From Armatimonadota bacterium (GTDB taxonomy: Bacteria > Armatimonadota > UBA10988), in assembly GCA_016235455.1 (NCBI GenBank), contig JACRKZ010000145.1, forward strand, positions 1 to 15,900: a stretch of 15,900 nucleotides of DNA. The letters run 5' to 3'. The position numbers and the translations under genes are program-made. Numbering within the stretch: the first letter of the stretch is position 1; each line of letters opens with the position of its first letter. The notes below the pieces were generated by a model, which worked only from the letters and a program-made list of their open reading frames with translations, was not told the DNA's origin and made no database searches. Below are positions 8,577 to 15,900 of the stretch, piece after piece.

Positions 8577-9905
8577 TCAGATCAGTTCGGTGACGCGGCC
8601 GCCGCCTTCCGCCGCGGGCATGAGCTTGATGTCGAGCCCGCGCGGGTTGGGCATGGGCGAATCGGGGTCGATGCCCAGCAACTGATACATGGTGCCGATC
8701 AGGTCCTGCGGGCTCACCGGCCGGTCCTTGACCTGTTCGCCGCGGGCATCGGAGGAGCCCACGACATGGCCGCCCTTGAAGCCACCGCCGGCCACCAGCG
8801 CCGAGAAGACCGAGCCCCAGTGGCTGCGGCCACCGTTCCACGGCGCCTCCCAGCCGATCTTGGGCGTGCGGCCAAACTCGCCGCCACACCACACGATGGT
8901 CGAGTCCAGCAGACCACGGTCCGACAGATCCGTAATCAGTGTGCTGAGCCCCTTGTCCAGTTCGGGCAGCTTGCGGCGCATGGTCTCGAAATGCTGCTTG
9001 TGCGTGTCCCAGCCGCCGTAGTTGACCGTGACGTACGGCACGCCGGACTCCACCAGCCGCCGCGCCATGAGGCACGACTGACCAAAGGTGGTGCGGCCGT
9101 AGCGCTCGCGCAGGTCGTCTTTCTCCTGGTTCAGGTCGAACAGCTTGGCGCCGTCGCCCAGGATCAGGTCGTAGGCCGCCTTCTCGGTCTGGTCCAGCTT
9201 GGCGAACTGGTCGTTGCCCGGCATGGCCGCGCCCAGCGAGTCCAGCCCGTGCAGCAGGTCGCGCCGCAGCTTCTGGCGGTCGTCGGTGATCTGCTCGGAG
9301 ATCACGCCTTCCACGGCGAAGCGCTTGGCGGCCGGGTCGCCACCGGTGGCGAACGGCTTGTACTTGGGTCCCAGGAAGCCCGACTCCGAGAAACGGCCCT
9401 GGGGCTTGGTCAGCACCACGTACGGCGGGATCATGCCCCGGTAGCCGGCATCGTAGCCGCGCAGCAGCGAGACCACGGCGCCCATGCACGGATAGACCAG
9501 CCGGTCGCCGGAGCGACGGCCCGTCTGCACCAGGTACGACGCGGTCTCGTGGCTGTTCACGCCGTGGGTCATGGAGCGGATGACCGAGTACTTGTCGGAC
9601 AGCGGCGCCAGTAACGGCATCAACTCGCTGATGCGCAGGCCGTCGGTCTTGGTGGCGATGGGCGAGGTGAGCGGCCCGGCGTAGTCGCGGCCGGCCTCGG
9701 GCTTGGGGTCGAAGGTGTCGATGTGACACGAACCGCCCCACAGCCAGATCTGAATGACCGCCTTGGCCTTGGCCCCGGCGGCGGGCTTGACGACGGGGGC
9801 CTGCGCTTCCACGGCGCCCTGGCACAGCAGGCCCAGACCGGCTGCGCTGGCCAGCATCGCGGCGATTGCCTCCCGACGGTCCATCTCGCTCGAATATCGA
9901 CTCAT
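8577..9905 (-). CDS. DUF1501 family protein, Tat-exported
   Basis: MDRREAIAAML...AEA Tat-like signal. AKAVIQIWLWGGSCHIDTFDPKP, YGRTTFGQSCLMARRLVESGV, GGWDTH, GEFGRTP, GRSHW, AGGGFKGGHVVGSSD. GAGGT RBS. Confidence 0.93.
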   Translation of the reverse strand: MSRYSSEMDRREAIAAMLASAAGLGLLCQGAVEAQAPVVKPAAGAKAKAVIQIWLWGGSCHIDTFDPKPEAGRDYAGPLTSPIATKTDGLRISELMPLLAPLSDKYSVIRSMTHGVNSHETASYLVQTGRRSGDRLVYPCMGAVVSLLRGYDAGYRGMIPPYVVLTKPQGRFSESGFLGPKYKPFATGGDPAAKRFAVEGVISEQITDDRQKLRRDLLHGLDSLGAAMPGNDQFAKLDQTEKAAYDLILGDGAKLFDLNQEKDDLRERYGRTTFGQSCLMARRLVESGVPYVTVNYGGWDTHKQHFETMRRKLPELDKGLSTLITDLSDRGLLDSTIVWCGGEFGRTPKIGWEAPWNGGRSHWGSVFSALVAGGGFKGGHVVGSSDARGEQVKDRPVSPQDLIGTMYQLLGIDPDSPMPNPRGLDIKLMPAAEGGGRVTELI

Positions 9906-9926
9906 GGTTGCCTACCTCGGCGCCAC

Positions 9927-11468
9927 TCAGTGGCGGTACAGGAATTCCTTGGTGTTGAGCAGCGCCCAGGCCATGTCCAGCCCGGCCTGGAACGGCGCGC
10001 CTGCGTAGCGTCCGGCGGCGGCCAGTTCGGCGTCGGTCGGCTGCCGCGAGAGAATGAGCACATACAGCCCGCGGACCATCGTCGCGCGGTTGCCGCGCGA
10101 CGTCAGGCCCAGGCTGCGCAGCTGCGGGCTGGATTCCAGCCGCCGTTGCAGGTCACCCGAGTTGAGCATGTACAGCCGCTGCGAATCGGTGGGCTGGTTG
10201 TTGCGTTCGGAGTCCAGGCCGGTATCGCGCGGCGGGCGCCCGAACATCTCGAGGAACGAGCTGGTGATGCTGCCATCACCCAGCGCCACGGCGCGCTGGT
10301 TCTCGGGCATCCAGGTGAACGGCTCGGGCACCTGCGAGCTGTAGGAGTCGGTCTGGCCGGTGATGGCCAGCAGCGCGTCGCACAGCACCTCGGCGTCCAG
10401 TCGCCTCACGGGGTACGCGGCGAACAGCGCCTCGGCGCCGGGTGCCGTGCTCTGCGCGATGGCCGACTGCTGGTAGCAGCGCGAACCAACGATGATCTTG
10501 ATCAGCGCGCGCAGATCGAACCGGGCCTTGACCAGCTCGGCCTCCAGGTAGGACAGCACCTCGGGCAGGGCCGGTGGGTTGTCGGGTCGGATATCGTCGG
10601 TCTCATGGACGATGCCCCGGCCAAATAGCCAGGCCCACATGCGGTTGGCCAGCGACCGCGCGAAGTAGGGGTTGGTCGGCGCGGTGAGCCAGGCGGCGAA
10701 GGCCCGGCGTGGGTCGGCGCCAGCGGCGATGCGCTCGCTCTTGCCATCGGGATAGGTCACGTCCAGCGGCTCGACGATGGTCGGATCGAGGCAGACGATC
10801 TCCTCTTTCCACTCCTCGGTCTTCTTGAAGATCAGCCGTGAGAAGAACCTGGCCAGGTCGGTGCGCTTCGCCGCCGGCCATTTGTCCAGGCGGGTGCCCA
10901 TCCAGGTCAGCGCCACTGCCTCGGCGATGCCGTTGGCATCACGCGTCTGGATGGCGCGGTAGAAGTTGGCCGGCGCCACGCGGAAGTTGCTGCCGTTGGC
11001 GGTGAGCAGCTCGGTGACCACCTGGTCGAACGGCCGGTTCGACTCCACCTGGTCACGGACCCAGCGGTGGTAGGCCTGCACGGCATTCGGCCACAAATTG
11101 ATGGGGAACTCGGCCTTGATGCGCAGCGTGTCGCCCCAGCGCATGGCCCAGTAGTCGGCGAACTCGGGTCGGGTCAGCAGTGCGTCGACCAGCCTGGCTC
11201 GCCGGTCGGACCGCTTATCCTGGGCGAAGGCATTCACCTCGTCCGGCTTGGGCAAGGTGCCCAGCAGGTCGATGAACACGCGCCGCAGATAGACCTCGTC
11301 GGAGCAGGGCCGCGCCGGGGTCAGCCGCCGCGCCGCCAAGGCCTTCTCGTGCAGCACATCCAGCGGCGTGGCCGCGATGGGCCAGGCGGCCAACTCATAC
11401 GGTGCCAGCGGGCCGGCCGCCGAGGCGCCCAGGGCCATTGTCCGCCGCGCACTGTCCAAGATGCCCAT
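9927..11468 (-). CDS. DUF1549 (PSCyt2) + DUF1553 (PSD1) domain protein, apparently without the heme motif
   Basis: SDEVYLRRVFIDLLGTLP, LVDALL..PEFADYWAMRW, NRPFDQ, NPYFARSLANRMWAWLFGRGIV, RRLDAEVLCDA, FGRP, DMAWALLNTKEFLYRH. Start 11468 preferred (GGAGG/AGAGG RBS) over 11498, which overlaps the predicted -10. Confidence 0.9.
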   Translation of the reverse strand: MGILDSARRTMALGASAAGPLAPYELAAWPIAATPLDVLHEKALAARRLTPARPCSDEVYLRRVFIDLLGTLPKPDEVNAFAQDKRSDRRARLVDALLTRPEFADYWAMRWGDTLRIKAEFPINLWPNAVQAYHRWVRDQVESNRPFDQVVTELLTANGSNFRVAPANFYRAIQTRDANGIAEAVALTWMGTRLDKWPAAKRTDLARFFSRLIFKKTEEWKEEIVCLDPTIVEPLDVTYPDGKSERIAAGADPRRAFAAWLTAPTNPYFARSLANRMWAWLFGRGIVHETDDIRPDNPPALPEVLSYLEAELVKARFDLRALIKIIVGSRCYQQSAIAQSTAPGAEALFAAYPVRRLDAEVLCDALLAITGQTDSYSSQVPEPFTWMPENQRAVALGDGSITSSFLEMFGRPPRDTGLDSERNNQPTDSQRLYMLNSGDLQRRLESSPQLRSLGLTSRGNRATMVRGLYVLILSRQPTDAELAAAGRYAGAPFQAGLDMAWALLNTKEFLYRH

Positions 11469-11497
11469 GCCTCTGGTCCTCCGCCGTCTGCCCCGCA

Positions 11498-11525
11498 TAG
11501 ACGATACCCTTTTGAGGTACGTTCA
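11498..11525 (-). promoter_or_regulatory. Putative ECF sigma factor promoter for the DUF1553-DUF1501-PPC operon
   Basis: Minus strand TGAAC (11525-11521), 17 nt, CGTCTA (11503-11498): the AAC/CGT pattern typical of ECF promoters. Confidence 0.55.
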
Positions 11526-11567
11526 ATGCATCATCGGTCAGAACGCGCACCGGCTGTAACAGCTTCG

Positions 11568-12875
11568 CTACCTGGCCAGTTCGAGCAGGACCTGGCCGGC
11601 CAGGTTGGCAGTGACCAGCGCCAGCCAGGCTACGGCCCATTGTCGCTGGCCGCGGTCGAGTTCGCACCACGTCCAGCCGCCGCACGCGGCGATCATCAGC
11701 AGCGGCACCACGCCGAACCGGTAGCGACTGTGACCATACGACACGGCGTGGATCAGCGTCAGCGCGGCGACGGCCAACAGCGTCATCTGGCCCAGATCGC
11801 GCCGGCGCGCCACGCTGGCCGCCAGGCCGATCCCGCCGAGCGCCAGCAACAACCAGCTCTCCAGCGCGCACAGGCCCGCCGCGGCGAGTGTCGGCAGTCG
11901 GCCGTGCCGGCCATACAAGCCGCCTTGGATGCCGCTGGCCAAGCCGCGCTCGGGCCCCCACAGCGCGCTGGACTTGGTGATCAGGCCGAGCAGGAAGCGC
12001 GGCGGGTCGGCGACGATACGGCTGGCTGCGGCGCGCATGGCGGCCCGTTCCATCTGCCGTTCACTGGCCCCGCTGGGCAGCGGCCAGGGCTTGTCGTCCT
12101 CATCCACCAGGTCCCAGGCGCGCAGCAGGGGCGTGCGCTCGTGATTGCCCCAATAGAGGTTCAGTGCGCCGTTGGTGTCGACGAGTACCCAGTCGCCCAG
12201 GACCACCCTATTGCGCAGCGTCCACGGCGCGATGACCAGCGCTGCCGCCAACCCGCACCACAACGCCGGACGCCAGCCGCGACCGCATCCCAGCCACAGC
12301 ACCACGAGCCCGACCAGCACCAGTGCCGAGCCGCGGCACAAGCAGGCCAGACCCAGCGCCGCGCCCGCCGCGGCATGGCGACCGGCGCCCCTGGCCGTGA
12401 GCAGCGCCAGCAGCCCAGCCAGCAGGCACAGTGCAAAGAGCGTCTCTGAGAACAGGCTGTGACTGTAGTAGAGCAGCGTGGGGCTGAGCGCGGCCCAGGC
12501 CGCGAGCCAGGCCAGGCCGCGCCGGCCGACAGGGCCCGCGGCTGCGGCCAGCGCGATGATCAGCCCGACCAGCGCCGAGCCCAGCGCGGCCTGGGTGAGG
12601 CGCGCGGCGGCCGTGGACGGGCCGGTCACGCGGTAGACGGCGCTCAGCACCAGGGGCCAGAGCGGCGGGCGGTAGGCGGTGGCGCGCCCGTCGGCGGTAA
12701 CGTAGCCCTGCCCGGCGGCCAGCCGCGAGGCCAGGCCGTGGTACTCGATCTCGTCGGAGATCGGTGCCGTCGAGAGCGCCGGCAGCAGCGTGAGCAGACG
12801 AACCGCCGCTGCCGCCGCGACCACGAGCCATAGTCGGCGGCCAACGGCTGGGCCGGGTTGCGGTGCGATGGTCAT
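11568..12875 (-). CDS. GT-C fold membrane glycosyltransferase (ArnT/PMT-like, GT39/GT83-type)
   Basis: Likely start ATG 12875 (MTIAPQ...). Many hydrophobic segments. SDEIEY first-loop acidic motif, AYRPPLWP, SETLF, APWTLRN, TNGALNLYWGN, RYRFGVVP. Confidence 0.85.
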   Translation of the reverse strand: MTIAPQPGPAVGRRLWLVVAAAAAVRLLTLLPALSTAPISDEIEYHGLASRLAAGQGYVTADGRATAYRPPLWPLVLSAVYRVTGPSTAAARLTQAALGSALVGLIIALAAAAGPVGRRGLAWLAAWAALSPTLLYYSHSLFSETLFALCLLAGLLALLTARGAGRHAAAGAALGLACLCRGSALVLVGLVVLWLGCGRGWRPALWCGLAAALVIAPWTLRNRVVLGDWVLVDTNGALNLYWGNHERTPLLRAWDLVDEDDKPWPLPSGASERQMERAAMRAAASRIVADPPRFLLGLITKSSALWGPERGLASGIQGGLYGRHGRLPTLAAAGLCALESWLLLALGGIGLAASVARRRDLGQMTLLAVAALTLIHAVSYGHSRYRFGVVPLLMIAACGGWTWCELDRGQRQWAVAWLALVTANLAGQVLLELAR

Positions 12876-13046
12876 GGCGCTGGGCGACTCGATTCCTGGA
12901 CAGACTGACCGCCGTCCGCGCCCATCATGCCACGTTCGGGCGGGCGCGCTCAACCCACCGCGCGGGCCGCCACCCACACATCTCACTCCGAGCGTGCGCC
13001 AGCAGGCCACGCCGCGCGCGTAGCGCGAGTCGCGCACATCGCCACA

Positions 13047-13075
13047 TTGACACACGCGCACCCAACTGGTAGCAT
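13047..13075 (+). promoter_or_regulatory. Sigma70 promoter of the transketolase operon
   Basis: TTGACA (13047-13052), 17 nt, TAGCAT (13070-13075), with extended TG at 13067-13068. Confidence 0.7.
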
Positions 13076-13135
13076 CCACACGATCTGTCGGACGTTAGCT
13101 CTGGGGGCCATCAGGCACGACGGCAGAGGGGATCG

Positions 13136-13972
13136 ATGTCGATGAATGCGCTGTCGCAAGCCGAGTGCGTGGCCAAGTGCCGCGTTATCCGGCGCCATAT
13201 CATTGAGATGCTGGCCGAGGCTGGCAGTGGACACCCGGGCGGATCGCTATCGGCGGCCGAAGTCGTGACGGCGCTGTACTTCCATTTCCTGCGCCAGGAT
13301 CCTGCCCAGCCCGAAGCGGCCGACCGCGATCGCTTCATCCTCAGCAAGGGCCACGCCGTGCCGGTGCAGTACGCCGCCATGGCCGAGGCCGGCTACTTTG
13401 AGGTGAGCGAGCTGAGCACGCTCCGCCGGATCGATGCGCGCTTGCAGGGCCATCCTGTCAAGGGCACGCTGCCGGGCATCGAAGCCTCGACCGGAGCGCT
13501 CGGCCAGGGCCTGTCCATCGCTTGCGGCCATGCGCTGGCGGGCAAGATGGACGCTGCCGGCTACAAAGTCTTCTGCATGATGGGCGACGGCGAGATCGAT
13601 GAAGGCCAGGTGTGGGAAGCGGCGCTGTTTGCCGCGCACCAGAAGCTGAGCAACCTGATCGCCATCGTCGACGCCAACGGCATTCAGCTCGACGGCCGTG
13701 TCGAGGACATCCTCGGCCTGGAGCCGCTGGTGGACAAGTGGGCCGCGTTTGGCTGGTCGGTCATCGAGATCGACGGCAACGATATGGGCCAGGTGTTTGA
13801 CGCGCTGGAACGGGCCGTGGCCAACACTTCGGGCCAGCCGGTGTGCATCATCTCGCGCACCGTCAAGGGTAAGGGCGTGAGCTTCATGGAGAACGGCGTC
13901 GAGTGGCATGGCGTGGCGCCCACGGCCGAGGAGGCCGAGCGGGCCTTGGCCGAGATCGGAGGCGTGGCATGA
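13136..13972 (+). CDS. tkt: Transketolase, N-terminal (TPP-binding) subunit
   Basis: GHPGGSLS, DRFILSKGHA, LQGHP, STGALGQG, GDGEIDEGQVWEA...VDAN TPP motif, KGKGVSFME, WHG. GAGGGG RBS. Confidence 0.95.
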   Translation: MSMNALSQAECVAKCRVIRRHIIEMLAEAGSGHPGGSLSAAEVVTALYFHFLRQDPAQPEAADRDRFILSKGHAVPVQYAAMAEAGYFEVSELSTLRRIDARLQGHPVKGTLPGIEASTGALGQGLSIACGHALAGKMDAAGYKVFCMMGDGEIDEGQVWEAALFAAHQKLSNLIAIVDANGIQLDGRVEDILGLEPLVDKWAAFGWSVIEIDGNDMGQVFDALERAVANTSGQPVCIISRTVKGKGVSFMENGVEWHGVAPTAEEAERALAEIGGVA

Positions 13973-14919
13973 GCAGCACCCGCGCACTGGGCCGCGCCAC
14001 GCGCGATGCGTTCGGCGACGTGCTGGTCAAGCTGGGCGCCGAACGGGGCGATGTGGTCGTGCTCGACGCCGACCTGGCTAAGTCCACCCGCAGCGGCAAG
14101 TTCCAGGCCAAGTACCCCGAGCGCTTCTTCGACATGGGCATCTGCGAGGCCAACATGTGCGGCGTGGCCGCCGGCCTGGCCGCCTCGGGCAAGACGGTGT
14201 TCATCGCCAGCTTCTCCTCGTTCCTGCTGTGCAAGGGCTTCGACCAGTTGCGCATGGCCGTGGCCTATCCCGGCGAGAACGTGAAGATCATTGGCACGCA
14301 CGGCGGCATCACTCTGGGCGAGGACGGCGCGTCGCAGATGAGCATCGAGGACTTCGCCCTGGCCTTGAGCCTGCCTGGCGTGGTCGTCTGCCACCCGGCC
14401 GATGACGAGTCCGCCAAGCAGTTGCTGACGCAGATCGCCGCGCAGCAGGGCCCGGCGTACGTGCGCCTGGGCCGCGAGAAGGCGCCAACGCTCTACTCGG
14501 CGAACGACAAGGTCGAGCTGGGCCGCGCGCAGGTGCTGCGCGACGGCGGCGACCTGACCCTCGTGGCCAATGGCCTGATGGTCGGTCTGGCGCTCGATGC
14601 CGCGGAACAGATGGCCGCGACGGGTGTCGAAGCACGCGTGATCGATGTGCACACGCTGCGTCCGCTGGATAGCGCGACGTTGGCCGCCGCCGCCCGCGAG
14701 ACGGGCGCGATGGTGGTGGTTGAAGAGCATCTCAAGGTGGCCGGGCTGGGCTCGGTCGTGGCACAGGCGGTGGTCGAGAGCCACCCGGTGCCGATGCGCT
14801 TCGTGGGGTTGGAGGGTTACGCCGAGTCCGGCAGCCCAGCCGCCCTGCTGGCCAAGTATGGCCTGACCGCGGAAAAGATTGTCGCCGCGGCGAAAGAGGT
14901 CTTGGCGGCCAAGCGTTGA
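13969..14919 (+). CDS. tkt: Transketolase, C-terminal (pyrimidine-binding) subunit
   Basis: ATGA overlap with the upstream gene gives start 13969. ATRDAFG, LDADLAKST, FDMGICEANM, GEDGASQ, GPAYVRLGR, VEEH, ESG...LLAKYGL. Confidence 0.95.
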   Translation: MSSTRALGRATRDAFGDVLVKLGAERGDVVVLDADLAKSTRSGKFQAKYPERFFDMGICEANMCGVAAGLAASGKTVFIASFSSFLLCKGFDQLRMAVAYPGENVKIIGTHGGITLGEDGASQMSIEDFALALSLPGVVVCHPADDESAKQLLTQIAAQQGPAYVRLGREKAPTLYSANDKVELGRAQVLRDGGDLTLVANGLMVGLALDAAEQMAATGVEARVIDVHTLRPLDSATLAAAARETGAMVVVEEHLKVAGLGSVVAQAVVESHPVPMRFVGLEGYAESGSPAALLAKYGLTAEKIVAAAKEVLAAKR

Positions 14920-14954
14920 AGGGGACCATAGACGCCCCGGAGGGACGAACCACG

Positions 14955-15737
14955 ATGAGGTTGCCGATCGCCTGGGCCACCGCGGTGGCGATGTGTGGAA
15001 GCCTGTTGCTCGGCGGCTGCGGAGCCGGCGATCCGACGGGTGTGGAGTCCGATCGCGCGCTGCACGTCAGGGTCGGAGGTAGTGGCGATGTCTACTTCCC
15101 CGGCTCGCTGCGCTCGCTTCCCTTCTCCAACAGCGTCACGGTGGCGCTGGCCAACACCACTGGTGGCGCGAACCAGTACACCATCTACACGCTGTTTGGC
15201 CTGACCCGACTGACCATGACTGAAGTGCCGACCGCGGCCCTGGTCACGTTCGTCGATGGCCTCAATGCCGCCACGTCGTCCAGCACCGAGCTGCCGTCGG
15301 GCAGCGTGGGCATGATGCTGCACGACGGGTTCGACCAGGGCCTCGTCTCGGGTGGCAGCGTGTTGGCCCAGGACGCGCCGACCATCTATGAGCGCTTGTC
15401 CACCGGCACCATGCTGCTCGAACCGCAGCAGGACCTGTCATCGGCCTTCCTGTCGCAGGCTTCGATCTACCGGCAGGTGCGCTACAGCACGGTCACGCTG
15501 AGCGACACGGCGACGTCAGCCGAAGTGCTGGCCCAAGGCGCCGCGCCGTTCCAGGTTTCGACCAACGTCAGCCAGCAGTTCCTTGGCTACGCGGGCAACC
15601 TGGGCCTGTTGGCCCAGCCCAGCACCGGCGGTGGCGGTCCTCCCGACCCGCCCGGTAGCGGCACAGGCACGGGCGGCACGACCGGTGGCGGCACCACGGG
15701 CGGCACGGACAACCCGCCAACCCCGCCGCTGCGCTAG
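14955..15737 (+). CDS. Hypothetical lipoprotein with Gly/Thr/Pro-rich C-terminal tail
   Basis: GGAGGG RBS, ATG 14955. MRLPIAWATAVAMCGSLLLGG-C lipobox. Tail GGGGPPDPPGSGTGTGGTTGGGTTGGTDNPPTPPLR. Confidence 0.75.
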   Translation: MRLPIAWATAVAMCGSLLLGGCGAGDPTGVESDRALHVRVGGSGDVYFPGSLRSLPFSNSVTVALANTTGGANQYTIYTLFGLTRLTMTEVPTAALVTFVDGLNAATSSSTELPSGSVGMMLHDGFDQGLVSGGSVLAQDAPTIYERLSTGTMLLEPQQDLSSAFLSQASIYRQVRYSTVTLSDTATSAEVLAQGAAPFQVSTNVSQQFLGYAGNLGLLAQPSTGGGGPPDPPGSGTGTGGTTGGGTTGGTDNPPTPPLR

Positions 15738-15784
15738 TCAGCGGAACGCACCGACGGGTGCGCCGCGTATTGCGAATTGGTTGC

Positions 15785-15823
15785 CAAGCCCCCCTGAGTG
15801 GTCACTCAGGGGGGCTTGCCTTT
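15785..15823 (+). terminator. Strong hairpin, probable terminator of the tkt-lipoprotein unit
   Basis: Perfect 16-bp inverted repeat CAAGCCCCCCTGAGTG (15785-15800) / CACTCAGGGGGGCTTG (15803-15818), followed by only a short CCTTT. Confidence 0.55.
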
Positions 15824-15891
15824 GGGTCCAACGGGGAACGTAACTGTAACGGGGTTCTCACGGGGCTCAAACGCAGAAAGGATCGCTTGGC

Positions 15892-15900
15892 ATGGTCGAC
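15892..15900 (+). CDS. Probable start of the next gene (truncated)
   Basis: GAAAGGA RBS (15876-15882), then ATG GTC GAC at the window edge. Confidence 0.4.

Noticed and set aside
8545-12449. Alternative-frame and antisense ORFs (426, 355, 301, 460 aa)
   Set aside because: Low-information translations, mostly Arg/Pro/Gly-rich, overlapping real genes.
12876-13079. Upstream extension of the GT-C ORF
   Set aside because: Non-protein-like composition, and it overlaps the divergent tkt promoter.
13080-13135. Structured RNA or TPP riboswitch in the tkt leader
   Set aside because: About 55 nt, no CTGAGA TPP signature, only weak pairing.
13136-14919. Split transketolase as a frameshifted pseudogene
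   Set aside because: Two-subunit transketolases are well known. There is an ATGA overlap with an internal GGAGG RBS, and both halves are intact.
15631-15710. GGC-ACN repeats as a DNA repeat array
   Set aside because: Synonymous variation shows protein-level Gly/Thr low complexity, not CRISPR or VNTR.

Overview
High-GC bacterial window of metabolic and envelope genes. The '[15 protein letters not shown]' form of the prepilin-like gene suggests Armatimonadota (inference). In order: a partial DUF1559-like prepilin/H-X9-DG gene (-) with a promoter and tandem operator-like repeats; a 59-aa winged-helix gene (-); cysK (-) with a strong terminator; a divergent + strand cluster (Tat-exported FAD oxidoreductase, AK/FlaR-like P-loop protein, secreted GH110-like beta-helix enzyme); a - strand DUF1549/DUF1553 - DUF1501 - PPC-domain operon behind an ECF-type promoter; a GT-C (ArnT/PMT-like) glycosyltransferase (-); a two-gene transketolase (+); a lipoprotein with a Gly/Pro/Thr tail; and terminal hairpins. 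The first two genes are missing from the ORF track. The best candidate for an uncharacterised system is the DUF1553/DUF1501/PPC module, whose DUF1549/1553 subunit seems to have lost the family's CxxCH heme motif and other Cys/His residues. No rRNA, tRNA, CRISPR array or transposase was seen. All family calls come from motif recognition by eye, not database searches.
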